Positions 1-13,015 of a stretch of 45,857 nucleotides of DNA are shown here, piece by piece. This stretch comes from Lenisia limosa (Eukaryota; Protista; Breviatea), in NCBI GenBank assembly GCA_001655205.1, contig LPNZ01008289.1, positions 1-45,857 of the forward strand, read 5' to 3'. Positions within the stretch are counted from its first letter, which is position 1, and each line of letters begins with the position of its first letter. Below the pieces are notes generated by a model. It was not told where the DNA came from. It did no database searches and saw nothing but the letters and a program-made list of their open reading frames with translations. The translations under genes were made by a program, and so were the position numbers.

Positions 1-100
1 TGCATTATTTTACAATGTATCATCTGGATGCATTATTTTACAATGTATCATCTGGATGCAATATTTTACAATTCAATATTTTACACTGTATTATCTCAAA
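1..100. repeat. 28-bp tandem repeat (TGCATTATTTTACAATGTATCATCTGGA x2 plus degenerate copies) in a myosin intron
   Basis: Positions 1-28 and 29-56 are identical, followed by decayed partial copies. May extend left of the window. Confidence 0.85.
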
Positions 101-2881
101 ATCAATCAAGAAAGCCCCTCAAAGCCTAACGCCCCTCGCCAACGCTGAAGCAGGGACACCAAGCAGCGACGCAGCCTTCTCAACGTCATCGTAGTTCTTA
201 ACCTGTGCATCCTCGCTACGGCGACTGTCCACAAACACTGAACTGTCAGAGGGTAATGGTGGACTCTCCCCTGCAGGCTTGATGGTTGACAATAGTTACA
301 CTGGTTGAGGAAAGGAGGCCAGACCTTATCTTGGTCAAAGTCCGAGTTACTTTTGTGTGTTCTGAAGTGTATATCATATCATATAACTGTTTGATAATTA
401 CACTACATCATGTAGATACTTGTATATTTCTAATAACACGTTGCTTACCGACGTTACCGAGATGAAGAATGCCGGCCAGAATAGTGAAGATGGACTTAAC
501 CTCCTCATCTTTCAGTCCGATAGTCTCCATAGCGGATCTCATTGTTTTGAAACTCTCGACCTCATCCACACCTAATAGGTAAGGAAGGAATTTCATGCTT
601 ACAGCAACAAGAGGAAAGGAGCAGTGAATTCAAACCTTTAACACTGGTACAACCAGACTGGTTGATATAATGGTAGTCGTCAGCTTGAGTCAGTTGCATT
701 TCGGCTGCGAAAGTGAAAACTAAACATGGGGCCACTTCGATCACCAAGAGATTAAACCATTTATTCCATAGTATACCCGAGTGTTTGCACCCCCNNNNNN
801 NNNNNNNNNNNNNNNNNNNNNNNNNNNNNNNNNTTGCCTCATCAAGCCCCGCCAGGATTTGGTAGAACACGTGGTAGTTCCTCTCATTTGGTGCTTGAAA
901 AACTGTATCGTTAGAGAGGCTCCCTTTCTATTTGGGAAAAAGTGTGATGAGTATGATCTTGGTGATGAAACCATAGTCACCCCCCCCCCCCNNNNNNNNN
1001 NNNNNNNNNNNNNNNNNNNNNNNNNNNNNNNNNNNNNNNNNNNNNNNNNNNNNNNNNNNNNNNNNNNNNNNNNNNNNNNNNNNNNNNAGCTCCGTGAACT
1101 TGCCGAAGCGACTCGAATTGCTGGGCAGTGAAAATCGGAGTTGTGGCCAAATAGATAAGTGATTACATGATCTACACAAAAGGACAACTGCAACAACGAA
1201 GAGATAAAAACGAAAACAATGTTGATGCGACAGAATAACTCAAGAAGCATACTTGTTTCTGAGAGTTTTAGCGTTACCAAAGGCCTCAAGAATAGGATTA
1301 CACTCAAGGATACGCCTCTCAAGTTGGTCATCTCCTCCCCTACAGCGTTATTATGCATTATGCATCGTACAAACAAAAAAAGATTTGATAAGACATTGAA
1401 AACAATGAAAGGGTGCATCGGGTCGAAATTGTCGTACTATATGATATGATATATTAGACAGTTTGCACACCGGTTTTTCAAATTTCAATTTTCAAATAAA
1501 CAAATATTTCAAAATAATTTGAAATTTAAAAATCCCGTGTGCAAAACTGTCTTATATATAGTGTATCAAAAAAGATAGAATGCTGATATCGACATCGTTT
1601 TTCTTGCAAGAAGAAAAAGGCAAGCCCCACTTACCCTCCGACATGGGCGAAGAAACGCATGACAATCTTTGACGTTTCGGTCTTACCCGCTCCAGACTCA
1701 CCCGAAACAATGATCGATTGCGACTACCTCGTAAATGTGTGAAACAGACCATGAAAAACACGCATTTGTACAGGATATCAACAATTGTCTATGCATCGGC
1801 GTCGTGGTGGCCTTGAATCAGTAGAAAAATGAGAATAGTTCGAGCATTAATCTGTGCCCACAAACCTGTCCTGAAACCTTCATTGACCTGTAAGCTCTGT
1901 CCGCGACTGCATATACATGGGGTGGCAATACACCTGATCTGATAAGAGCAAAAGAAAAAAAGAAGAAAAATTTACCCATTAATCACCCTAGAATTCAGGC
2001 TACCAAACCCTAAAGAGCTCAACCCACCAATGGATTTGCCTTGGTACCGGTCAATCTGTTCCTTGGAGTAGATACTCAGGTTTTGGTAGGGGTTTACTGC
2101 AATGAGAATGTACGCAACGTAACTGTAAATCTGGGGGGGGGGGGTCNNNNNNNNNNNNNNNNNNNNNNNNNNNNNNNNNNNNNNNNNNNNNNNNNNNNNN
2201 NNNNNNNNNNNNNNNNNNNNNNNNNNNNNNNNNNNNNNNNNNNNNNNNNNNNNNNNNNNNNNNNATTTCATGATTTTGGACAAACTGCTGTTGAAATTAA
2301 TCACCATCATTTTCCCACAGTATTCGATATGACAACCACAGACATCTTTCTTCATGAAACGAAATCTGACATTGTCCAACAGTCCGGGCTCATGGAGATG
2401 CATAAGCTGTGGGAAATTACAAAGTCCATTAACACTAAGGTTATTTATCATCTGTGAATTCGTTTTAGTATCTTCAAATAAGTCAACTTTGCGAAAAACA
2501 AGCTTCCACCTTCACCATTGTGTTGTCTGGAACTCCGTTCTGTGACTCTGGGTTTACTGCATAGCAGGTGTCTTTCTTCACCATAATCTATAAAATAAGG
2601 ATAATATGTCTCTGTTATACAGCAAGGATGCACAGGAAGTTCTTGGTGAACCCAACTATGCCACCAAAACCCAGTAATACCTCGTCACCGGACGCCTTGA
2701 CCTCGTAATCTGTATCATTTTCAGAAAGTACCTGATATTAGTTAACTCTGAAATGGCAAGACCTCCCCAACCGTTGCTTTGATGAATCCTTCCTCTTCAT
2801 CAGGAACCCAGACCTCTGTGGCCTTAAATGCCTAAAAAATGTTAATGAATCAATCTCAAAGTACTTTAATACCTCAGGCAT
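1..2881 (-). CDS. Myosin heavy chain, N-terminal SH3-like region and motor domain; multi-exon, continues beyond the window start
   Basis: Stitched exons read [91 protein letters not shown] (P-loop), [14 protein letters not shown] and [14 protein letters not shown]. These are conserved myosin motor motifs, joined by GT-AG introns. Confidence 0.95.
1457..1551. mobile_element. Putative MITE (95 bp, ~33-bp terminal inverted repeats, TTA target-site duplication) in a myosin intron
   Basis: Left end GACAGTTTGCACACCGGTTTTTCAAATTTCAA matches the reverse complement of right end TTGAAATTTAAAAATCCCGTGTGCAAAACTGTC at 29/33 aligned positions. TTA lies at 1454-1456 and again at 1552-1554. Confidence 0.7.
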
Positions 2882-3162
2882 TGTTCAATCAAGGAGAACA
2901 CAGGAAGATAAGCCTGTTTGAGTAGAACTCTTCCTAATAGAAGGTTATACTCTAGGTATATCCACTATAATATCCTACAATCACAATTCCTAAGCCAGCA
3001 AAAAAAAACGGGGGGAAATTTAAATAATGTAACTAGTGTAATAGTTCTTTTTTGGCTGATTCTCCCTAAGTTTTGATTGTGCAGTCTAGGTTGATTTATT
3101 ATTGTAAGATTTTAACAGGAATCCGGGAGTTTCAGTGGAAGGAGACAGCGTAGCCAAGTATT

Positions 3163-6049
3163 ATGTTCGGGACAAACTCCGAAGATCTTCTTTTAGGAGT
3201 CGATTCAGACCGTTTTAATCAACGTGATGGATCTGTGTTTGAGAGTAAACCATTTGCATATCAATCGGAAGAAGAATATGAAGAAGATCAATCCAAGATC
3301 GCCAATGTAATGGAGAAGATCGATAGGAATCCGCAGGCGTTTGAGAGGTTCCGCAAAATGGGTGCTGTTAATATCAATGTTAATGAAGTACGCGTGAATG
3401 GTCTTAAGAGAAGCAAGCGCGAATGGGTGGAATCGGTAGGAACACTTCTCCGTACTCTCTCAAGGTATTCTAACATTTATTTTAGGAAATTGGCAATGTT
3501 GAATCGGCGAAGTCCCTCAAAGAGCTCCAAATGAAGCTTGCCACAGCTCACGAGAATCTCTCGGCTTCAGTTGCCTTTAAGAACGTGGCTGTCTCCATGA
3601 AACAATGTGATGATGAACCTGACCCAGGTATGTTCCACTTTTGAGTTTTTACATGTTTAATCTTGTTGAATAATTCGCGTCTTTTTTTCAAGGAATGTCA
3701 GTTACATTGCAGAAAAACCATTAAATATTGACGTGGTTGTGGACCTTGACGAAGCCTCTTTGGGTTATATAAAAACCGGCACGGAGGTCGGCAAAGACGA
3801 TGGCAGCGTGGTAAGAGGGATATTGACAGCTCATTTCAGCTTACCATTCAACTAGGTCTTATAACAATAGAGTGATTAGGGGTACTTTTAAAGACGTTTT
3901 TCGTATTGATGGTCACACATTAGATGTTTTCGGCTGATATTGATATTTATGGCATAAATACGTTTCATATTGTCCCTATAAGGAACACAAAGATGTCATT
4001 GTTATTCTCCTGATTTTGCTAGTACATTAAAGGAGCATCGAATTCACCGACTGGTCACGGAGAGTCTTTGGAGCTTGACATCAGCAAGGGATCGACAAAG
4101 ACTCAAGATATCAAGGTTGGAGTCTCGGAGCTATTAATAATTTCAATCTCACTTTCTGATTGGCGGTTTATGGTTCCATCTAAACGCTTTCTCTTCATAT
4201 ATTCTGTCCTGAGAGTATAAAGTATCAGTTCTCATTTTCATTACAGTTCAAATTGAATGTTCCAACTTCAAGCGGTAACAAATCGTCCCTTCTCTTGGAG
4301 TCTTTCAAGTCTGCATGTTCTATCGATTGGAATAATATAATAATTTCTTTGTATTATCTATCACCACGCAGGGTCAATACTAACCAGAACGACACATGCG
4401 GATACTCGGACGAGGCTGTCGGCTTCCGAGCTGCGCATTCCTTCCGACCGTCAACTTTGATTCCGCATCACAACTTTGGCATTGAAGCGGCCTTGAGGGA
4501 CGTCAACCCCACTGCCAACGCTGCTTTCGAGTAGGTCCTGTGTCTGTTTGAAGGCAATACCAATAGTATGACGTAATATGAAAATTGTCAATATTCCTGC
4601 TAAAAATAGTGTTAACTTTACATATTTGATTGAAACAGCATTTGGAGAGAGGCGGGACCGAGCTTCAAGTTAGCAGCCTTACACTCAATACGTCTTGACA
4701 CCCGCGACAACCCAGCCATACCAACCCGAGGTTTTTTGCTTCGTNNNNNNNNNNNNNNNNNNNNNNNNNNNNNNNNNNNNNNNNNNNNNNNNNNNNNNNN
4801 NNNNNNNNNNNNNNNNNNNNNNNNNNNNNNNNNNNNNNNNGCTTATTCTCCCCTTACCATCTCACCTGATAGGAGCTTGCTGGCCTTGTTGGCAACACGC
4901 GCCACTTGAAGTCCAACCTCTGGGCGTCAACAACACACATGGTCTACAAGCCCCTGGGCATCACGGCCAGTTTTGCTGCCAATTTTGGGGTGGGGTGGCT
5001 GTTGTATTGTTGTATTGGCTCTTTTGGTGACATGGTTACCGATATATACCATATACAGATCTCAAGAAGTTAGTCATACATAACCATTTAGTTTATAAAG
5101 AGTCTCTCGAACAGACCTACGCGCATCTGTGACCGCTTCTTCCTTGGGGGGCCTCATACTCTCAGAGGCTTCCCCATTAACGGTTGGGTGGGAAGGAATT
5201 GTTCGAACGCTCTTGTCTCACCCTCGTCCCCTTCAGGCACGATTATGTCCAAAAAAAGACAACCGTCTCACCTCTCGTAGGAGCAGGACCTCGTTCAGCC
5301 CACCCCGGACTCAGCAGCGACCCCGCGGATCTGCCCTGTGGTGACGCAGTTGGCGGTGATGTCGTGACGTCAGCATGTGTGTCATTGTCCATGCCGGCCC
5401 CCTTCCCCAAACTGGCCGAGTTTGGTGGTAAATTCAATGTTNNNNNNNNNNNNNNNNNNNNNNNNNNNNNNNNNNNNNNNNNNNNNNNNNNNNNNNNNNN
5501 NNNNNNNNNNNNNNNNNNNNNNNNNNNNNNNNNNNNNNNNNNNNNTAACACCCCCAGGTTTATACCCATTTTGGCAATCTCTTCAGTGCTCGAAGGATCC
5601 CTAGCTTTAGAGGCTATTGTGAGGTATGTGTTGAGTCTCAGAACTTGAAATGGATCAACGTGTGATAGGTAACAACTGTTGAATGGCCCTACGTGGGTTC
5701 GGTCTCTTTAGCGATTTACCCTTCAGTCAACACGTGTCACTTTGGGGTGTGGAGTTGTTCTCCCCGTGTCTATTGGCAGAGTAGGGGGGTCTTTCCAATT
5801 CTATTGTTAGCATTGAACTATCACAATACATATGCATATAGTGATATAGTATGCACTAATCTTCAGATTGAGGTGAACTATAATGTGAATTTGCGACAGT
5901 GTCTCGAAGATCGAGTGCAATCGTTACAGGTAAAAAGGGCTTTCATGAAAACCAAGTATTAACCCGTTTCCCATTTGGCTATTCTCTCAATTTTATTTTA
6001 CAAATCTGCTTAACCTCAATAGATTGGATTTGGTATTGATTTCATGTAA
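3163..6049 (+). CDS. SAM50: SAM50 / Omp85-family mitochondrial outer-membrane beta-barrel assembly protein (multi-exon)
   Basis: Exons give a POTRA region (VRVNGLKRSKREWVES/EIGNVESAKSLKEL), NSPTGHGE, IRLDTRDNPAIPTRG, ELAGLVGN, DRFFLGGPHTLRGF, GDAVGGD, RVTLGCGVVLPVSIGR/IEVNY and a C-terminal IGFGIDFM-TAA beta-signal. Confidence 0.93.
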
Positions 6050-6302
6050 TGAGTTGAAGTAACATTTGGTGCCGATGATGGTTAGATGTCTGATTTATGG
6101 ACTTCTTTTTAATGTATTTACTATTTGCTTTTTCCAAGAATTGAAATGTAGTATCCATCCTTCGGTTAATCATATTCTAATTGTAAAAGAAAGAGAATAA
6201 TTCATTAATTATTGTTGTTTTGTCAGAATTGTGCTTCTTCTGGATGGCAATAATGTGTTTAGAATATATCTGTACTACTATGAACCTCACTCAACAAACA
6301 CT

Positions 6303-9300
6303 TCACCTCCGGCGGCTTAGGTACAGCAGTGAATCGGGGTCAGAGTGATGTGCCTTGCAATTGATGATGAAAGTCTCACGGTAAATCTGCCAGGGCAATG
6401 CCCCACACTGAGAAATGTTGACCTTTCTAACCCCGACCCCCCACCTCCTGGAGTATAACTGTTAAAATGTTTTGTGACACGAGGGTATATACTATATTCA
6501 AAGCCTACGACGTCCCTTCTACAAATCAGGATGTATTAGGTACTAGATATCAAAAAAGAAACAGAACAAGAAACATGACACGGCGGTCAATCAGTCCACA
6601 CCCATAATTCTCTCTACTTCGCCATCCCAATAAGGGTTACTGGTGTACATTGACATAGGAGGACGAATAATCTGTAGATCAGTGAGAGTTTGTTAGGTAA
6701 AACCCCTCTTTCGGGCGATGCTAAAGTGCTGAGATGCTGAGAGAATCTGATTTTTTTCAAAATAAATAATCTAGAACCAAGATTCGGGAACATTTTCATA
6801 ATTCATCCAAACAATACCTGGGTTTCTTCCTCTTCAATGAACGATAAGGGCTAACTGGTGAGATGAAATGAAAACAAACACGATCTCGAAAAACAAAAAG
6901 AGCTTTATGATTATGCGAGGCCTGCTGCCTTTGCCAACCTCTATTGCACAGCGGTGGCAGATGGGACCTCCAATGTTCAGGTCTAAACTGTGATACAATT
7001 TGACGTGTGCCTCCACCAAGAACAAGAGCACACCGTAGACTCCGAGGTAGGACTGAGGACACTGCCCGCACGACACCGAAGAACACGAAACACACAGGAA
7101 AAGAGGGGCAAAAGTGGACACGGGCTGGAAGGTCACGAAAAGTTCAAAGTATGAGTCCCCACGATAAAGTAGTTGTCCAGCAGTTCAGCAAACATTGAGG
7201 ATAGCCATTTTGAAGGATCTTCAATAATCTGAAATAGTATGACAATTTCAGCCAAGGTATTGTCATCATGGCAACACTTCATAACAAACCTTCTTTTTTA
7301 AGCTGGCATAGTCGAATGGGGTTATGGGTGTGACTTCTAAACACAGTCAGCAAAGGTATTGTAATGTGCTTTGTACAGGCTGGTCACTTTGAACAGTAGG
7401 CTAACAGGCTTTGTCTGTCCATACCCACTTTTAACAACAGGCTTAACAGGCTTTTTCTGTCTATACCCGGATGATCGATGTTTGGGCTTGACTGCTGGCG
7501 GGGTCTGTATGTCTTAACCAAAATTCAACCCAAAAAATTAATTCCAAGAATACTTCTACATGCTGGTTGGGCCATCTTTACAAAAATGTATTTACCTTTC
7601 CAACTCACTTGCTCTTTCACTTTCTCGAGCTCCTTGGCTTTCTGTCTGATGAGCTTTGTCAAAACAGCTGCTCCTGATAGGTGCAAAAGAGAGGGTGCAC
7701 TGGTCCTGGCTTTGGGGGTGAATTCAAGGAGCTTTAGTGCAAGAGATGATTGAAAAGCACTAATAGAGCCAACGATTATTGAAAGACCGGTATTCTGAGA
7801 TGCTGTCAAGAGCAGGTCGAACTAAAACAGTCATTCAACCCCCAACCTCCAAGAACCAAAGCAAACATGAACCTTTAGTCCCACAACAAGAAACATACCA
7901 ATTGACGTGCTTGGTCCTTTGAAAATAGAGTCATTACTCTGCCAAGAGAAGAAAACACCGAGTTCGGCCGCCTTTGGGACAATTAAGGGAATGAAACAAA
8001 ACGGCCACTCTCATAACTATTGCAGGCAACCACCCTACTGCATAAAATATTTGATTCAGTTCCTTTGAAGGAATTGACTAGATATATTAGCAGCGCTAAC
8101 ATTGTAAAACCCAAAAAAGGAACATAATTGAAGCACAATGGCCAAACCTTCAGCCCTTTGATGTAGCCGTTCACTGTCGCAGTGTACTTCACCAAAGAAG
8201 CCTAATTGTGAACACTTTTTCATTTATTGTATCATGAAGAGTAAACCAAGCCTACGTCCGTAAATCCTCGTTTCAGTCGGAAAAGAGCAGAAGGGGCTCT
8301 ACAGAGTATTCGGGAAGCCAACACTGGGTTCCTTGAACGGGCCAACATGATGGGACTGCCCCACTAAACGGTAACTGAAAATACCACATTTCATAACTGA
8401 AATATGGATTTGAAACAATGCTGCATATCATAAATATTATCAACATATTACTCCGAACTGTTACAGGATATACAGTAATGACCAAATCAAAGGCAATTCG
8501 TATGCTATTGAGATAGCTTAACTGCTTTCTAATTGCAGTGCCAAGTACACGTACTCTGGTGTAAGTGTGAACTTGACCTCCATTCATGAGAATTGACTCC
8601 GCAGCTCGGTTGCCACTTTGACACAAACGCATGAGTGGCGTAAAAAAGTTCTGTAATGTCAAAAGATCGAATCATTTGAAACCGCATTGAAGCAATTGCA
8701 TCCAGGATAGAGTGTAAGGTCCAAACCTTTGACACCAGAGTGATAGGGGCACCGGCCTTGATTAGAAGATTAACCCCCTCAACTGACAGAAATGTGCATG
8801 AGTGCAGAATCGAGGTGTTGTTCTAAAAATCAAACAAAAGTATGGGGTGAAATGCACAATGGTTGAGAAAGTAGTATTTGCCTTCCCACCTTGGGAAAGA
8901 CATGAGTGACGTCTGCCTCTCTTTCTAAGAGAAACCTCACAGCCCTCTCATTTGAGTTTACTGCCGCAAGGTGTATCGCGGTGTGGTGTGGCTGTTAGGA
9001 AGGTGATATGCAGAAAGTGTATACTATTCCTGGAATCCGCCTAGGGAGAACAAACTTGTGAATATTTATACCCCTAGAAACAATATCCATTTTCAGAACA
9101 CTAGACCCACTTCGAAGTCACAAAAGGCGTTGATATCGGCACCATTCTTCAGAAGCTCCTCAGCCACATCGTAAAGTGGCGCACCATAGAAACAGAGCTG
9201 AGAATGAGTCTCATGATTGAAGAAAGGAGGATTACATTTCAATTCAAGATAAATGACACTGTTGTGTACCCCCCCCCCGAACCATAAGAGGAGTTTTCCC

Positions 9301-9729
9301 CTTAATAGGGCGTCCAGATTCCTAAATGAGATGAACCTTTGAATGCTAGAAAAATATATTGATAGACTTATTAAATCAAATATCTTCAATTTCCATCTCA
9401 AATAAATCTTAAAAATAGCGGTACTGCTTTTTTTTGTTGTGAAGTCGGGTATGCTTGAAATTTGGTAAGAACAAAATGGCCCAAATAGAAAAAAGAGACT
9501 TATAACCCTCTTACTGACTCTTCCAAGTTCTGAACTCTGTCTTGGTACTGAGCACTTTCGGGTGTAATCAAGTCAAATATCTTATCGAGCGCCTCTTCTA
9601 TTTTATCAGACACGGCCGAATTCACCACAGCAACACTCTTGTGAACCCACTTGTTTGATTGCCGTAGATGCTAACATCTTGGATGGCTTTCATCAACCCA
9701 TTATCAATTGGTAATGCTTTTGGGTTCAT
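6303..9729 (-). CDS. Ankyrin-repeat-containing protein of unknown function (multi-exon; boundaries approximate)
   Basis: Exons include VAEELLKNGADINA, LIKAGAPIT, TPLMRLCQSGNRAAESILMNGG and TPFDYA (ankyrin-like). Further open exons are flanked by GT-AG. TGA stop at 6303-6305. Confidence 0.6.
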
Positions 9730-9838
9730 TGTACATATGGTCCATTGAATTTGAATGTCACATCATCACATCATCGCGAGGGCAACGCTTCCATAAAACA
9801 ATAATTAATACTATGCTTCACTCTGCTTATATTTAAGA

Positions 9839-9888
9839 GGTTTTATGGTTTTATGGTTTTATGGTTGTGGTTGGCGGTTGGCGGTTGG
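9839..9888 (+). repeat. Short G/T-rich tandem repeats, (GGTTTTAT)x3 then (GGTTGGC)-like units, in a divergent promoter
   Basis: Read directly; lies between the ankyrin-gene ATG (9729) and the WIPI ATG (10004). Confidence 0.75.
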
Positions 9889-10003
9889 AAGGGGGTACGT
9901 GGGGTGGACACCTTTAAGAAGGGAGAAGAAAAAGCAGAGTGCCAAATTTGCTGAATAGTATTTCAATATTTCAATATATAAGTAAAATAAAGATAGAACA
10001 GCA

Positions 10004-13000
10004 ATGAATGTGGAGGAAGGTGAAACCCCGCTCCTCTATGCCAACTTCAACCAAGATTTCGTAAGCCCTTCGGCTCATCTTTGACCCTCTCCCGACTAAC
10101 TGTCTTCAGGGATGTTTCGCCCTTGGTCTCCAGAACGGATTCAGGTAGTAGTTACCTCTTTGGAACAACATTCTTTTGATCTGGGGTTTGACTGTTTATT
10201 GTGGTTCCATTAGCCTGCTCCCATTTCTGAAACTACCGGTTTTGTCATTATTAGGACAAACATTAATATTTCATTAAAACACTGGCCACTTCCCACCCTA
10301 CTTTTCCTGCTCTTTACATGTCCACATTATGAGTCATGATGGAATAGCGTAGCTTGATTATTTATATTTGTATCAATGCTTTGTTAACATGCTCTGACTT
10401 ACGCTTTAGAATCTACAACTCGGAACCGCTGAAGGAGAGATCAAGAAGAGGTAAGGGATATAATCAGTTGAACATGGAGAGAGTGTTAAAGGTTACTGAA
10501 TGTTTTTTTTTATCATTTATCTGACGAAATAGAGTTCAGAGAAGAAGGCATTGCGATTGTGGAGATGCTTTTCAGATATAACCTTCTTGGTGACTGGGCA
10601 CCTTACTCATAGTGGTTCTCTAACTTGTTTTGGAATATCCACAACGACAACGTTATAAATAATAACACTTTTTTTCTGTAACCCTTAAGCTCTTGTTGGT
10701 GGAGGGAAAAACCCGAAGTTCAGTCCAAACAAAGTAGGCAGGCGTTCTTTACCAACGTGACCGTAGCTATGATACCTTGTTAACATGGGTATTTTTGACC
10801 CCCTCCCCCTCAGGTAATTGTTTGGGATGAGAATCAGCAGAAGGCGCGGTGTGAGCTGGAGTTCCGGTCCGTGGTCAAAGCGGTCAGGTTACGTCGCGAT
10901 AGGTTGGCTTATTAGGATGGTTTTGACTTCTGGGCATGCATCCTAATTTTGTGACATATTATTTTGCCTGTGTTCGTATCCTTTCCCCTTTCTGTTTTTC
11001 TTGTCTTTGTCGCTTCCTTACTGTTTAGAATTGTTGTTGTTCTTGAGAACAAGGTCTATGTTTACACATTTCCTGACAACTTCCTCACCACCAACGTTTT
11101 TGAAACATATGATAACCCAAAAGGTATTGTTGGTCCTTTAACCATGAATGTATATTTGTATTGATACACATATGAAGTCTCATTAGAAAACACCCCAATC
11201 TTTACCCCATTCTCCAGGAATTGTAGCCATGACCTTCTCATCAACAGAATCCATTCTCGCTATCCCAGGGAGGAAGTAGGCTCGCTTGTGCTTTCAGTAC
11301 ATATCATATTGTTTCAGGATTGATTTTCTTGGGCCCTGCTGCAGGTGTTGCAGGTTGTTTTTTACTTCTCAGAAAAGGACAGCTCCTTCTAGCCGACCTT
11401 GCGTCAGGCGAACAATCTATATTCACAGGTCTGCGGCTCTTTCGCCCACGAATTCCCCTTACTTCTTCGGGATATTTTGATCAGTTGGGAATCAAAATTA
11501 TAAATAAACAAATGATGTTGAGACTCAGTATTGTACTCCTGGAAAAGACCATAATGAAGCCTTCTCTATCTCACCTTGTAGCGCACAACAGCCCAATTTC
11601 AGCCATCACCATTTCGCAAGACGGCACTCTCATGGCCACGGCCTCGCAGAAAGGTTGGGCTTGCCAGCTGTTTGCTACCTCAATAAGAAGTTCTCAGTTA
11701 ACTCTTGATATTATCGTGATGAAAATATGGCATATTTTCGGCAACGTGAGGTTGTTGACTGCACAGTATTACCTTCTACCTGTTCATATTAATTACATTT
11801 TTGGGCTAAGCGTCTTCGTGTGTATTTGCGTGCATCACTCACAATTTAGGAACCTTAGTGCGTATCTGGGATGTCAAAACAAGATCTTTGGTCCAAGTAT
11901 GCTGTTGAGCTGCAAATTGTATCATTGTTTTTTCGTATCTGACATCAACAAGTTTGTTTTCACATAGTATGATATCTAGCTTGCAATTGACATTTTCTAG
12001 GAATTGAGGAGAGGTGCAGATCGAGCGCTTATCCACAGTCTTGCCTTCAACTATAACGCGAAGTACCTGGTTGTCTCTTCTGACAAGGGTAGGTGAAGCA
12101 GGCAATAAGTCGCCTCTGACACTTTCAGGAACCATCCACGTCTTTTCAGTGGACACTACTGCTGAGTAGGCTGGCGGTCGGTAAGATCCCAGAGATCAAG
12201 ATCAACTTCTGTGGTTATTATGGCAAAATGTTAATATGATTCCTAATTCTGTTTTAGCAAATCCACTGAGCCGTACGCGTTCAACAAATCCTCTGCCGAA
12301 TCCCCACCTCCAAATAAAAACTCAGCGTAGGATCACCTTGCTTGTTCCTTGCTCATTCAAATGTTTAAACACCCCTATTGCTTTTGCTACTGCTCATCCT
12401 CAAGTTTCTCGTTCATGAAGGGCATGCTTCCAAAGTACTTCTCCTCAGAATGGTCATTGGCCCAGGTTGGATGGGCGAAGGAAATTTCGAGAATCAAATA
12501 TTGGTTGAAATGTTGGGACCGTTCTGCAACAGCAAGACATACGATATGTAGTTTATGGGATATTACAGGTTTTATTTTGGCACATAGTATGATATGAGAG
12601 AGATAGGTTGTAGATTTATTCAAAGTCCACTCTAACGTTAAGGTTGTCAAGGTTATCAAGATAAAAAAAAACACAAGAGCACCCATTTCCCCCATTCAAT
12701 TCCTCACATTAAAGTTCCACATTGAAGAGAACCATTCGATAGCTGCCTTTGGTCAGGAGAAAAACACTGTTGTTGGTCTGTGGGGATGTTTGCATGTTTT
12801 TCTGAAAGGTTGAATTGCCCCGACATCTCATTGATTAGTGGTGACGTCAACGGGGGTGTACTATAAGTTTGGCTTTGACCCATCAAAAAGAGAAAACAAC
12901 ACAAGGCAGGACAACTTTATCCTTTTGTTCAAAACTGGCTTCGAGTAGTGTGTTTCTTTCTAATTTATTGTGTTTCGTCTATCAATGTAATTCTGTTTCA

Positions 13001-13015
13001 TTAAAAGGACTGTAA
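10004..13015 (+). CDS. WIPI/Atg18-family PROPPIN, WIPI3/WDR45-like (multi-exon; 3' end approximate)
   Basis: Exons read [89 protein letters not shown] (the LRRG phosphoinositide-binding motif), SSDK/GTIHVF and [11 protein letters not shown]. Confidence 0.93.

Noticed and set aside
7395-7470. Imperfect ~44-bp duplication (TAACAGGCTTT.TCTGTC.ATACCC) in an ankyrin-gene intron
   Set aside because: Ordinary local tandem duplication with no termini, TSD or further copies in the window.
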